From Nanobdellota archaeon (lineage in GTDB: Archaea; Nanobdellota; Nanobdellia; Woesearchaeales; JAHWHD01), in NCBI GenBank assembly GCA_034722435.1, contig JAYENX010000039.1:1-33306 (forward strand): a DNA stretch of 33,306 bases. The letters are read 5' to 3'. This document shows, in pieces, positions 1 to 9,938 of the stretch. Positions within the stretch are counted from its first letter, which is position 1, and each line of letters starts with the position of its first letter. Both the position numbers and the translations under genes were made by a program. The notes below the pieces were generated by a model, which was not told the DNA's origin, did not search any database, and saw only the letters and a list, made by a program, of their open reading frames with translations.

Positions 1-75
1 TTTTGGTCCATTGTTAATAATCTTTTTACTGTTATTTCGTGGACTCCATTTTGAAAAACTGAACTTGCTACTTCT

Positions 76-588
76 TTAGCTACTTGATTTTTCTTGGATT
101 TTTTGTCCTTGAGCAAAGTTTGCTCTACTACCAACCAATGTGAGATATTGTGTTCTTAAATCTCTTTTTTGTTCCTCAGGAAGGTTTTCATAATCTTCCA
201 TGTCTTTCCAAAAATCTTTTTCTATATCTTCTCGAGCATTAAGAATTAATCGAGCTTTTGAACCGCCTAGTTTATCTACAATCATTGCGTAGGTTTGGCC
301 GTTGCCATTAGTTCCATTGGTTTTTCCATCATAGTTCATAAGTTTGTTTGCAAAGTCTTCAACACTGAGTAAAGATAGTGTTTCAGTCGTTACTTTTAGT
401 TCTGTAAGTAATTGACGTGCAAGTCCTGAATCATAAGGTTTATCCTGCCCTGTAAAATATGTTTGGACTTTAGTTTCAAAAAGGGTTAAGGTTTCAGAAT
501 TTGAATCTAGTTTTTGAGGGGTATCTGTTATTTTACTATCTGTGTTTTTAGAGCTTCCTTTTCCTTCATATTTTTTATCATCAACCAT
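76..588 (-). CDS. Hypothetical protein (170 aa), no recognisable family
   Basis: Open frame with ATG; RBS-like GAGGGG (plus-strand CCCCTC 595-600) upstream; divergent from 716+ gene. Confidence 0.7.
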   Translation of the reverse strand: MVDDKKYEGKGSSKNTDSKITDTPQKLDSNSETLTLFETKVQTYFTGQDKPYDSGLARQLLTELKVTTETLSLLSVEDFANKLMNYDGKTNGTNGNGQTYAMIVDKLGGSKARLILNAREDIEKDFWKDMEDYENLPEEQKRDLRTQYLTLVGSRANFAQGQKIQEKSSS

Positions 589-715
589 ATAAATCCCCTC
601 GATTAGTTATAATTAATGTAGCAAAAGTTGAGAATATATAAAGCTTTCTTTGGTTTTAGTATTTTTGAGTAGTAAAAACGTAAGCTTTTTAAATCAATAT
701 CTCATTGTAATAGTT

Positions 716-1879
716 ATGTCCGAAAATAAAGATTCTAGTGCTCTTTCACAAATTGAGACTTTGGTAGCTCAAGCAAGGGTTGAGCGAGATAGTTTTGAAG
801 CTGAGAGTGATAGGTTGAAGCACGAAATAGAATTTAGGGATGAAGATATTCAAAAGTTAACAACTGAATTAGATTCTAAAGGTGAACAGTATGTTGCTTT
901 GCAAGTTAGATTAGATGAAGAGCGTCAAAGATTGCAAGATGAACTTGTAGGTATTCAGCAAGGATTTGATTCTAAGATACAAGCTTATGAAGCTCAGCTT
1001 GAAGATGTAAAGGGCTTGTATCAACAGGAACAAGGTACTGTTTTATTATTGAAAAGGGAGAATGCAGGTCTTAAACTGGATGTTGAAGAATCTCTTTCTT
1101 TTGAAGAGAATAATAAAGTTTTGCATCAAGAAATTGAAAGTTTAGCAAAAGAACTTTCAGAATTATCTGAACAATATACTCAAGAACTTGATTCTTTAAG
1201 AATACAGTTAGATGAACAAGTTGACTCTGGAGAGTTGGCTGGTTTAGAGGCTAAGCTTAAAGAGAAAGATACTGAAATTGATGGTTTACAGAGTGAACTT
1301 CATAAAAATAAGTTATTGTTACGTCTGACTGCGAATGTTCAGAAAGATAATGAAACGCTTGTTAAGAAGTGTGAAGGTGTTAAACAAGATTGTGTGAAAC
1401 TTTCTCGGGATAATGAATCTTTGAGAGGGGATTATGCTGAATTACAAAAAGTGCATGATGAACTTAAAATAGAACGTGATGAATTTCGGAGTTCTTATCA
1501 AAATGCCGAAATTATTTTTAATGATGTTGAAGAGTTTGTTAAAGGCGTCACAGAAGATGATCCTGTAGATATGTTTTTTGCATTACAAAAGACTTATCCT
1601 GGTAAAAGTGTTGATGAGTTGATTGAGATTCATAAAGGTATTCAGATGACTCCTATTCCTGAGGTTAAACAAGGTATAGTTTCAAGATGTAAAGATTCTT
1701 TGTATAGTGTTGGTTCTTCACTTTATACTTTACCTTCAAAAGTTTTTACTAAGAATAATGCGCTTATATTGGGGGTCTCAACCACTATTGTGGCGGGTGC
1801 TCTTGCAACTTTACTTTATGCAACTGGAGAGCATACTAAAGTTTTAGAAACTGTTACTAATTATATAAAAAGTTTTTAA
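716..1879 (+). CDS. Long coiled-coil protein with C-terminal membrane anchor
   Basis: Heptad-like E/L/K-rich sequence, hydrophobic segment ALILGVSTTIVAGALATLLYA near the C-terminus. ATG at 716 preferred over the ORF-track start at 650 because a TTTTTAAAT TATA-like box lies about 25 nt upstream. Confidence 0.75.
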   Translation: MSENKDSSALSQIETLVAQARVERDSFEAESDRLKHEIEFRDEDIQKLTTELDSKGEQYVALQVRLDEERQRLQDELVGIQQGFDSKIQAYEAQLEDVKGLYQQEQGTVLLLKRENAGLKLDVEESLSFEENNKVLHQEIESLAKELSELSEQYTQELDSLRIQLDEQVDSGELAGLEAKLKEKDTEIDGLQSELHKNKLLLRLTANVQKDNETLVKKCEGVKQDCVKLSRDNESLRGDYAELQKVHDELKIERDEFRSSYQNAEIIFNDVEEFVKGVTEDDPVDMFFALQKTYPGKSVDELIEIHKGIQMTPIPEVKQGIVSRCKDSLYSVGSSLYTLPSKVFTKNNALILGVSTTIVAGALATLLYATGEHTKVLETVTNYIKSF

Positions 1880-1887
1880 GAAATAAA

Positions 1888-3681
1888 TTATTCTTTAATA
1901 TTATCGTATGCGCCTATGATTTGGTCATAGCCTTCTTCGATTGCTTTTCCAAGAGATCGGGTTGTTGGTGAATCTGGCATTGTACTAATTTCTTTTTTTA
2001 ATGTTTTCATTGTTTTTTCAGTTCCTACAGCCATTCTGTCCCATTCTTTTCTAGGTATATTTTTTATTTTAGCGAAAGTGTTAGTTTTGGTTCTGTATAT
2101 TTTAACTTCTTCATATATTTTAACAAGTTTACTTAGTTCATCAAGTTGAGTGCCAAGGCCTCGTGCTTGAAGTTCTGTTCTTTCAGGTTCTGTATTTGCA
2201 GGATCCGTAAGCATATTTTGGTAATCTGTTCTTATATCTTGAGAACGTGTTTGTATATTTTTAGTGTTTCCTTGGAAAGTTGATGTTAATTCACAAAGTG
2301 CTGTAGAAAGATTTTTGACTTGGGTTTTGTAATCATTTATGGTGTCTAGGTTTGTTTTTTGTATAGGTGATGGTTCAGGTGGTGTATCATCAGGTTGTGG
2401 TAATTCAATGGATGTTTCTAAAGTTGGTGTAGGTTGTGGTAATGTTTCTGGTTGTTGAGTAGTATTAGTGGTAGTTTTTGTAATTTCCATACTTATTCCG
2501 TATCTTTCTTTGATTCTGTTTACAAGATTAATTTTTTCTGGAACTATGCCTCTGAAACAGGCGGTAGCATATCCTGTAGCGAGCATTAATGCAAGAGAAC
2601 CAATTATTAAACGATTTTTTTGTTTTCTCTTTTTATGTTCTTGTTTGAATGTTTTTCTATACTCTTCAACAATAACGTCTCGTTTTGCTTTGATACGGGC
2701 AGCGCTCATTGCAAGTTCGCTTTTTATTTTAGGAGTTGAATTACTTCTAGCACGGTCTTCGAGGTCTTCTGCTGCTCTGTCAATTATTTCTGGGCCGAAT
2801 GCTCTTACAAATTTTCTGTATTCTCTGTCAAATTCATATGATTCTGTTTTGTCTTTTTTAATAGTAAATTCCTTGTTGTACATAATTCCCGCACTGACTA
2901 CTAGAAGTGCTTCGAGTGCTTCTTTAGTGTATAATTTTCCTTTTCCTGCTTCGGTTTTGATTTTGTATATTTTACAATATTGTTCAAAGACTTCGAGTAT
3001 ATTTGTTTTTGTTGCAGAAATAATTCCCATATCTGTTTCATATTGTTCTCCTCTTTTGATATCGGCTATTTTATATTCTATAGCATTAACGAGTGCGTCG
3101 AGTTCTGTCTGGTTAAAGGGGTTATGAAGTGTTCCATTTTCATCTAGAATTGTATCAAATACTAATTCGCCAAGTCCTCCTGTGAGTTTTAGTTCGTCAT
3201 TCTGGTTGTATTCAGTTCTAAACCAACTTTCATAGACTTCTTTTGCTAATATTTGATTAGATTTTGGTTCATTTGTGTTCCATATTTTTGTATCTGCAGT
3301 TTCTCTAGCTGATTTATTTTTTGCTGCTTCTCTCATATATTTCCATTCTGGATTTTGTTCTTCTTCAGTTTCAGATGTTACAGAATTTGAGGTTGTTATT
3401 GGTTTTTTATGTGGTGTTGGAGTTTTAGAAGTTGGCTTAGGTGTTATTTTGTCTGATTCTGAAATTTGGCCTTTAGGTGTAGATATGGATTGAGCTGTTG
3501 CTTTTGCTGCAGCTTTTGCTCTCATTTGTTCTAGCCTTTTTGCAAAATCCATATTTTGTTCTTCTCTGGCTTTTTTTTTCTCTGCTAATTCTGTTCTTAT
3601 AGTGTCATCAGTAAGATGTTGGGTGCTTGTAGAGCCTTGGCTACTTCTTTTTTTTGGAGTTTTATCTTTATCTGAGACCAT
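1888..3681 (-). CDS. Hypothetical single-pass membrane protein (597 aa)
   Basis: Long ORF; low-complexity N-terminus; TM segment LIIGSLALMLATGYATACF after a basic stretch; Pro/Thr-rich linker then helical domain. Confidence 0.75.
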   Translation of the reverse strand: MVSDKDKTPKKRSSQGSTSTQHLTDDTIRTELAEKKKAREEQNMDFAKRLEQMRAKAAAKATAQSISTPKGQISESDKITPKPTSKTPTPHKKPITTSNSVTSETEEEQNPEWKYMREAAKNKSARETADTKIWNTNEPKSNQILAKEVYESWFRTEYNQNDELKLTGGLGELVFDTILDENGTLHNPFNQTELDALVNAIEYKIADIKRGEQYETDMGIISATKTNILEVFEQYCKIYKIKTEAGKGKLYTKEALEALLVVSAGIMYNKEFTIKKDKTESYEFDREYRKFVRAFGPEIIDRAAEDLEDRARSNSTPKIKSELAMSAARIKAKRDVIVEEYRKTFKQEHKKRKQKNRLIIGSLALMLATGYATACFRGIVPEKINLVNRIKERYGISMEITKTTTNTTQQPETLPQPTPTLETSIELPQPDDTPPEPSPIQKTNLDTINDYKTQVKNLSTALCELTSTFQGNTKNIQTRSQDIRTDYQNMLTDPANTEPERTELQARGLGTQLDELSKLVKIYEEVKIYRTKTNTFAKIKNIPRKEWDRMAVGTEKTMKTLKKEISTMPDSPTTRSLGKAIEEGYDQIIGAYDNIKE

Positions 3682-3735
3682 AGCACTATTAAGAAGTGGT
3701 AAATACTATTTAAAGTTTTTCTAAGAAAAAATGAA

Positions 3736-3751
3736 TGGGGCTACTGGGATT
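3736..3751 (-). repeat. Distal copy of the tRNA-Trp 3' end (att-like direct repeat)
   Basis: TGGGGCTACTGGGA at 3736-3749 is identical to 4481-4494 (18/19 over 3731-3749 vs 4476-4494); minus strand 3751-3736 reads AATCCCAGTAGCCCCA = nt 58-73 of the spliced tRNA. Confidence 0.9.
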
Positions 3752-3803
3752 ACCACTGGACACTGGACAACCGTGGTTAAATTATATATATTCAATTGTA
3801 TAT

Positions 3804-3811
3804 TTTAAATA
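3804..3811 (+). promoter_or_regulatory. TATA-like box for a probable leaderless LAGLIDADG transcript
   Basis: TTTAAATA about 23 nt upstream of TTG at 3834; no RBS seen. Confidence 0.4.
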
Positions 3812-3833
3812 TTATGTTATTTTGTGATTTAAA

Positions 3834-4546
<713 letters not shown>

Positions 4547-4553
<7 letters not shown>

Positions 4554-4574
4554 GATGCCATTCCCTTACATCTT
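4547..4574 (-). other. tRNA intron 2 (53/54, 28 nt)
   Basis: BHB: central helix TCTG/CAGA, bulges GG|A and AA|T, intron stem AGATGT/GCATCT. Confidence 0.85.
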
Positions 4575-4589
4575 CCCAGATCCGAGGCT

Positions 4590-4639
4590 ATCTTCAGGGA
4601 GAGTTTATTTCATCGCCTAAAGGCTCATCTCTCCAGCTA
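4590..4639 (-). ncRNA. tRNA intron 1 (37/38, 50 nt), candidate box C/D-type guide for C34 2'-O-methylation
   Basis: BHB: CTCC/GAAG central helix (one mismatch), bulges AG|T and AT|A. CTGGAG is complementary to C32-G37 and its nt pairing with C34 is exactly 5 nt upstream of a D-like ATGA; C-like CGATGA and a CTGA box also present. Confidence 0.75.
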
Positions 4640-4705
4640 CTGGAGGCCCCTATTCTAGCCAGATTATACTATAGCCCCATATGAAATAATTTGATTTTGT
4701 TGAGT

Positions 4706-4713
4706 TATTTAAA
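4706..4713 (-). promoter_or_regulatory. TATA box of the tRNA-Trp gene
   Basis: TTTAAATA on the minus strand about 28 nt upstream of G1. Confidence 0.6.
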
Positions 4714-4718
4714 TGTTA

Positions 4719-5852
4719 CTATAGAAATTTCAATATTTTGTAAATGATTCCGAAGAAGAAGATGGCCATAAGTATTACGCCAATAACGTAATTTTTTTTG
4801 ATAGAGTATTCAGGTTTTTTGTCGCCGCGTCTTTTACATCGCCAGTGCATCAATACTATCAATATACCTGCGAGAGCAGCTGCAATTGATCCCGCAAACC
4901 ATAAAGTTTCAATAAAATTGTTGAGTCCTATAAAGAATAAAATAAGTGGAACAATTACAGTAAGGCTCCATGAACTTATTTCTTTTAGTTTAAAGTCGTA
5001 TGTATACATTCCTTTTAGTGCAAGTCCCAGGCACATAAATGATGTTGTCATTGCAAAGACTGCGAATAAGTTTGCAAATATGGTCATGTAGTTTCCGTAT
5101 ATGGCTCCGAGACCTATGGTTGAGATTTCTGTAGTTGTAATGCCTGAAGCTCCAATTACAACTAAAGTAAAAACTGAGTATATTATAATAGGGATAATAC
5201 TTCCCCATATGATTGCTTTTTTAAACAGTTTTTTGTTTCTATGAAGTTCTTCATGCATTTCAGGGATTGCTGCAGTGCCGAGATATGCGAAAAGTACAAC
5301 GCCGTAAGGGATAAAAACATTTGAAACATTGATTGTTGAAAGGTTTTCTATGATGAAGTTTTTTGAGAAGAGAATTATTATACTTATTATGCTGGCAATG
5401 ATAATCATGATTGCACCCATTCCTACTTCTAATTTTTCAATAAGTTTTAATCCTGCAAGAACAAATAATGTTACTGTTATAAAGAATATTAAGCTATACT
5501 GAAAACTTGTGAAATATGGTGAAATTGCATTTAATGAATTGCCTACTCCTATAATGTATGCTAATAACGCTCCGTATATTCCTACAATCATTGAGATGGT
5601 CATAAAGAATCTTCCTTTTTTGCCAAGATATTTTTCGGCGTATCCTGTAAGTTGATGGTATCCTTTTGTTCTAAGAACAATTTCGCCCATGTAAAGGTTG
5701 ATAAGAAGTATTCCGAAACCTAAACCGAGAATCCATATTATTCCTAATAAGAATCCTGATTGTGCAACTACATAAGGTATACCTAAGGTTCCTGCACCTA
5801 GCACACATCCCATTAATGTTGCTATAGCTTCAATAAATACTTTTTTTACCAT
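4719..5852 (-). CDS. Aromatic/hydroxy amino acid permease (TyrP/Mtr/SdaC-like, APC superfamily)
   Basis: N-terminal GCVLGAGTLGIPY motif, about 11 hydrophobic segments, FAMTTSF motif. Confidence 0.85.
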   Translation of the reverse strand: MVKKVFIEAIATLMGCVLGAGTLGIPYVVAQSGFLLGIIWILGLGFGILLINLYMGEIVLRTKGYHQLTGYAEKYLGKKGRFFMTISMIVGIYGALLAYIIGVGNSLNAISPYFTSFQYSLIFFITVTLFVLAGLKLIEKLEVGMGAIMIIIASIISIIILFSKNFIIENLSTINVSNVFIPYGVVLFAYLGTAAIPEMHEELHRNKKLFKKAIIWGSIIPIIIYSVFTLVVIGASGITTTEISTIGLGAIYGNYMTIFANLFAVFAMTTSFMCLGLALKGMYTYDFKLKEISSWSLTVIVPLILFFIGLNNFIETLWFAGSIAAALAGILIVLMHWRCKRRGDKKPEYSIKKNYVIGVILMAIFFFGIIYKILKFL

Positions 5853-5864
5853 TGTTATATTAAA

Positions 5865-6893
5865 TTATACAAAACAATTTTTTGGTGGATTTTTTAATAG
5901 TTCATGAAGTAAATCGATGGCGTCTTTGATGTCCTTCATATTCGCAACGCTTATTGTGGAATGAAGGTTTCGAATTGCTACACCTACAACTGTTGAAGGG
6001 ACTCCTCCCCTCGACATCATAATTTTAGTTGCATCGGTTGTACCTGTATCGTCTACTTTAAATTGTAAAGGGATTGCTTTTTTTCTTGCAATTTGGAGTA
6101 ACCAATCGTTGATGCAGCGGTTTGAAATCATCTCTGCGTCCATGATGCTCATGACGGGTCCTTTACCAAGTTGAACTACGCATTCTTTATCATAATCTTC
6201 TGCATTTGTAACGTCAATAGCAATACCCCAATCAGGATCGATTTTGTAAACTGCTACTTCTGCACCATATAGTCCAACTTCTTCTTGAACTGTGAATACA
6301 TAGTAAATATCGTTTTCAGTTCTTTTCAGTTTTTTGGCAAGTTCACAAAGAACAAAACAACCTATTCTGTCATCTAAAGCTTTACCTGCAATGATGTTTT
6401 TATTTCCAAGATATCTTGCTTCTTGAAATGGTACTACATAAGCTCCAATTCCTATCTTCTTTTTTGTTAGTTCTTTTTTATTTAAGCCGGTGTCAACATG
6501 AAGTTCGTTCATTTCTGGAGGTTCTTCGATTAGAAGATCTTCTTGAAGTTCTTGATATGAAATTACTCCTGTGCAGCTTATATCGTTGTTTCTGTCAAGG
6601 ATGGCAACGTATTGGCCAAGTAATGTTGCAGGGTCTATTCCTCCAACAGCTGAGAATTTTATTTTTCCATCGTCTTTTATCTCTCTTATTATTAATCCGA
6701 TTTCGTCCATATGGGCTGCAAGCATAACTTTTCTTCCTTTGCCTGATTTGTGACAAATTAAGTTACCAAATTTGTCCGTATACATTTCGTCAACATAATC
6801 TTTCATTTCTTTTTCTATAATTTTTCGTACGGGATGTTCAGATCCGCTCGGACCAAATGTGTTGATAAGTTTAATTAATAGTTCTTCTTTCAT
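5865..6893 (-). CDS. M42 family (TET/FrvX-like) aminopeptidase
   Basis: LAAHMDEIG, KALDDRIG, QEEVGLYGA, AIDVT, RNLHS metal-ligand motifs. Confidence 0.93.
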   Translation of the reverse strand: MKEELLIKLINTFGPSGSEHPVRKIIEKEMKDYVDEMYTDKFGNLICHKSGKGRKVMLAAHMDEIGLIIREIKDDGKIKFSAVGGIDPATLLGQYVAILDRNNDISCTGVISYQELQEDLLIEEPPEMNELHVDTGLNKKELTKKKIGIGAYVVPFQEARYLGNKNIIAGKALDDRIGCFVLCELAKKLKRTENDIYYVFTVQEEVGLYGAEVAVYKIDPDWGIAIDVTNAEDYDKECVVQLGKGPVMSIMDAEMISNRCINDWLLQIARKKAIPLQFKVDDTGTTDATKIMMSRGGVPSTVVGVAIRNLHSTISVANMKDIKDAIDLLHELLKNPPKNCFV

Positions 6894-6902
6894 ATTATCA
6901 CC

Positions 6903-8201
6903 TTAAATTGTAGTTTGACCGCACCCTAAATAGTTGCAGTTAGGTCCTTTTTGTTTGAAGTTTCTTTTTTTGAGATTATGAAGAGATTTATCAAGAACTT
7001 CGATGAATGTATCTATTTCTTTTTCAGATACTATATATGGAGGAATTACCCTTACTCCTTTGAAACCGCATCCTAGTAAAACTATACCGTTTTTTATAAG
7101 TTCAAGAATTAAACTATTTCTTTTTTTAGAATCTGGCATGTCAAATGCGTCCATAAGGCCCAGGCCTCGTACATTACTTATTTCTTTATGCTTTTCTGAA
7201 ATATCTTGCAATCTTTTTCTTAGGTATGCGCCCATATTTTTAATATTTTTTAATAGATTATATTTCTTAATAACTTTAATAGTTTCAGCACCTAATGTCA
7301 TAGAAATTAAGTCTCCACCGCCAAAAGTGCTTGATATTGATGATTCTTCTTTAGGAAACATATCTTTACTTGAGATGGTTGCGCCCACTTGTAGAGCCTT
7401 TGCACAAGATTGTACATCTGGAATTATATCTGAATGTTGATATGACCACCATTTCCCGGTTCTACCCATGCCTGCTTGTACTTCGTCGCAGATTAATGGG
7501 ATTTTGTATTTTTTTGTCATCTTTCTTATTTCTTGCATCATTTTTTTTGGTGCTACATTGTATCCGCCTTCGCCTTGTACGCCTTCAAGAATTACAAATC
7601 CTATTTCTTCAGGTGCTGTATCTTCTTGAAAAATCTTTTTAAGTTTTTGTCCAGCATTTTCGTCATAAGGTAGACGTCGCATATTAAACGAAAAATAGTT
7701 CTTTTTTTGGACTGTTTTTGAATTTGTGCATGATAATGCGCCCATGGTTCTTCCATGCCATCCTCTCTCAAAAGAGATTCCTATCTTGGCACATTTTTGT
7801 TTTCTTAAACATATTTTAAGTGCGTTTTCTACTGCTTCTGCACCGGAGTTAATTATAAATGCTTGATTAAATTTTTTAGGAGTTATAGAAAGTATTTCTT
7901 CGATAATGTCTATATGTTGTTTAATTACGAAGTCTTGGCCTGCATATTTAATAGGGAATCTTTTGTGAACTTTCTTTAATGCTTTAAGCATATCTGGATG
8001 ATTGTAACCTAGAGGGTTGACAGCGATTTGACAGCCAAAGTCTAAGAATGTATTATTATCAATATCTTTAAAGTAACAACCGTTTCCTTTTTTACTGTGG
8101 ATGAATGGATAAACAGTTCCTCGTCCGCCGTTTATCTTTGATAATCTAGAAAGAAGCTTTTTTGATTTAGGTCCTGGTATTTTTGTTTTGATATTTATCA
8201 T
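6903..8201 (-). CDS. Class III PLP aminotransferase (ornithine/lysine/GABA omega-aminotransferase-like)
   Basis: NSGAEAVENA, WHGRT, EGVQGEGG, DEVQAGMGRTG, PLP lysine in AKALQ. Confidence 0.92.
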   Translation of the reverse strand: MINIKTKIPGPKSKKLLSRLSKINGGRGTVYPFIHSKKGNGCYFKDIDNNTFLDFGCQIAVNPLGYNHPDMLKALKKVHKRFPIKYAGQDFVIKQHIDIIEEILSITPKKFNQAFIINSGAEAVENALKICLRKQKCAKIGISFERGWHGRTMGALSCTNSKTVQKKNYFSFNMRRLPYDENAGQKLKKIFQEDTAPEEIGFVILEGVQGEGGYNVAPKKMMQEIRKMTKKYKIPLICDEVQAGMGRTGKWWSYQHSDIIPDVQSCAKALQVGATISSKDMFPKEESSISSTFGGGDLISMTLGAETIKVIKKYNLLKNIKNMGAYLRKRLQDISEKHKEISNVRGLGLMDAFDMPDSKKRNSLILELIKNGIVLLGCGFKGVRVIPPYIVSEKEIDTFIEVLDKSLHNLKKRNFKQKGPNCNYLGCGQTTI

Positions 8202-9667
8202 TTTTCGTAGATGTCTATCTGAGCTTTTTGAAGTGCGTCTGAATAGTCTATATAAACTGTTTTGGTTTCAGAGAATTCGTTAATTCCTTCTATGCCTGCT
8301 TCTCTTGTTCCGTTGCCAGTATGTTTAACTCCTCCGAATGGAAGGTGAACTTCAGAACCTATTGTTGAAGAGTTAATGTAAGTTATTCCTGCTTCAATTT
8401 CGTTTATAGATTTAAACGCGTTTTTTATGTTTTTTGTGTATATTGATGAGCTTAGACCATATTTAACCGAATTGGCAACTTCAATAGCTTCGTTTATATT
8501 TTTTATAGGGATAATTGAAAGAATTGGTCCGAATATTTCTTCTTTTGCAAGTCGCATATGTTTTTTAACATTTGTGAAAATTGTTGGTTTGAAGAAGTTG
8601 CCTTTTATTTTTGGACTAGAACCCCCATAAATAAGTTTTGCGCCTTCGCTTTTACCTATTCTTACATATTTTTTAGATTTTTCTATCGCTGAATTATTTA
8701 TTAATGGTCCAATATTTGTGTTAATATTTAATCCGGAACCTAGTTTAAGTTTTTTAACTTTTTTAATAAGTTCTTTTTCAAGTTTTCTTTTAACTTTTGT
8801 ATGTACTATTACTCTTGAAGTTGCTGTACATCTTTGGCCTGTTGTTCCGAAAGCGCCCCAGATAATTCCTTCAATTGCTAAATTTAGATCTGCATCTTCC
8901 ATTACAATGATTGCGTTTTTTCCGCCAAGTTCTAAACCGATTCTTTTAATGCCTGAATTTTTTGTTATCCATTCGCCAGTCGAATTTGAGCCCGTGAATG
9001 AAATTCCGCGTATTTTTGGATTTTTGACAATCTCTGTTCCAACTGTTTTTCCGGGTCCAGGTATTAAATTGATAACTCCGGGGGGAATTCCTGCTTTCTC
9101 AATTATTTTTATAAGTTCAACTGCGCATAACGGAGTATCTGATGATGGTTTGAAAATGATTGAGTTACCGCAAATAAGTGCTGGAGCGATTTTCCATGCT
9201 GGAAGAGCTATAGGGAAATTCCAGGGTGTTATAATTCCAATTATACCTATTGGTCTTCTTATGGTCATACAAAATTTGTTGGAGAGTTCGCTAGGGGTTG
9301 TATGGCCGAAAAGTCTTCTTCCTTCGCCTGCCATGTATTCAAAAATGTCTATAGCTTCTTGGATATCTCCGCGTGCTTCCACTAAAACTTTACCCATTTC
9401 CTGAGTAAGAATTTTTGCAAGTCTTTCTTTATCTTTTCTTAGTAAATTTGCAATTGTGAAAAGGTATTGAGCTCTTTTAGGTGCTGGTAATTTTGACCAT
9501 GATTTGTAAGCTTTTTCTGCCGCTATTATTGCTTTATGTACATCTTTTTTTGTTCCTTCTTGGAACTCTGCAATAAGTTTGTTAGTGGCGGGATTGTAGG
9601 TTTTGAAAATTTGTTTAGAACTAGAATTAACCCATTTACCATCTATGTAAATTTTATAGGATTTCAT
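8198..9667 (-). CDS. NAD(P)-dependent aldehyde dehydrogenase
   Basis: ITPWNFP, FTGS, LELGGKN, GQRCTA, EEIFGP, PFGGVK motifs; GAGGTG RBS at 9673-9678; 4-nt overlap with the aminotransferase. Confidence 0.95.
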   Translation of the reverse strand: MKSYKIYIDGKWVNSSSKQIFKTYNPATNKLIAEFQEGTKKDVHKAIIAAEKAYKSWSKLPAPKRAQYLFTIANLLRKDKERLAKILTQEMGKVLVEARGDIQEAIDIFEYMAGEGRRLFGHTTPSELSNKFCMTIRRPIGIIGIITPWNFPIALPAWKIAPALICGNSIIFKPSSDTPLCAVELIKIIEKAGIPPGVINLIPGPGKTVGTEIVKNPKIRGISFTGSNSTGEWITKNSGIKRIGLELGGKNAIIVMEDADLNLAIEGIIWGAFGTTGQRCTATSRVIVHTKVKRKLEKELIKKVKKLKLGSGLNINTNIGPLINNSAIEKSKKYVRIGKSEGAKLIYGGSSPKIKGNFFKPTIFTNVKKHMRLAKEEIFGPILSIIPIKNINEAIEVANSVKYGLSSSIYTKNIKNAFKSINEIEAGITYINSSTIGSEVHLPFGGVKHTGNGTREAGIEGINEFSETKTVYIDYSDALQKAQIDIYEK

Positions 9668-9938
9668 CCATGCACCTCTTTTTTTATATACTCTGATATT
9701 GTCTATTTTTGGCTTTTAAGTATATAAGTTTTGTGGAATAATTGGCTAATATGAAACCCTCTCGCTCACAGCATTCGTTTTATTCATTTAATTAATTACG
9801 AATGCATCTTTCTGTCTTACGAATAAATAACGTGTTCGCTGGCCGAGTTAGGCAAGGGTTTAATATTACCCGGAATAATTTAAACAATCAACAGATTTAT
9901 ATATTATAATCCTTATAAATATAATAAAAAGAGGTTAG

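Noticed and set aside
2468-3493. Plus-strand ORFs 2468-3127 and 3275-3493
   Set aside because: Antisense shadows of the 597-aa gene; hydrophobicity comes from complementing A-rich codons
3731-3808. Short ORF MNGATGITTGHWTTVVKLYIFNCIF over the distal repeat
   Set aside because: 25 codons, no RBS; explained as a by-product of the repeat
4798-9727. Plus-strand ORFs within the permease-ALDH operon (e.g. 7003-7440, 8718-9404)
   Set aside because: Lie opposite well-supported genes and have no motifs
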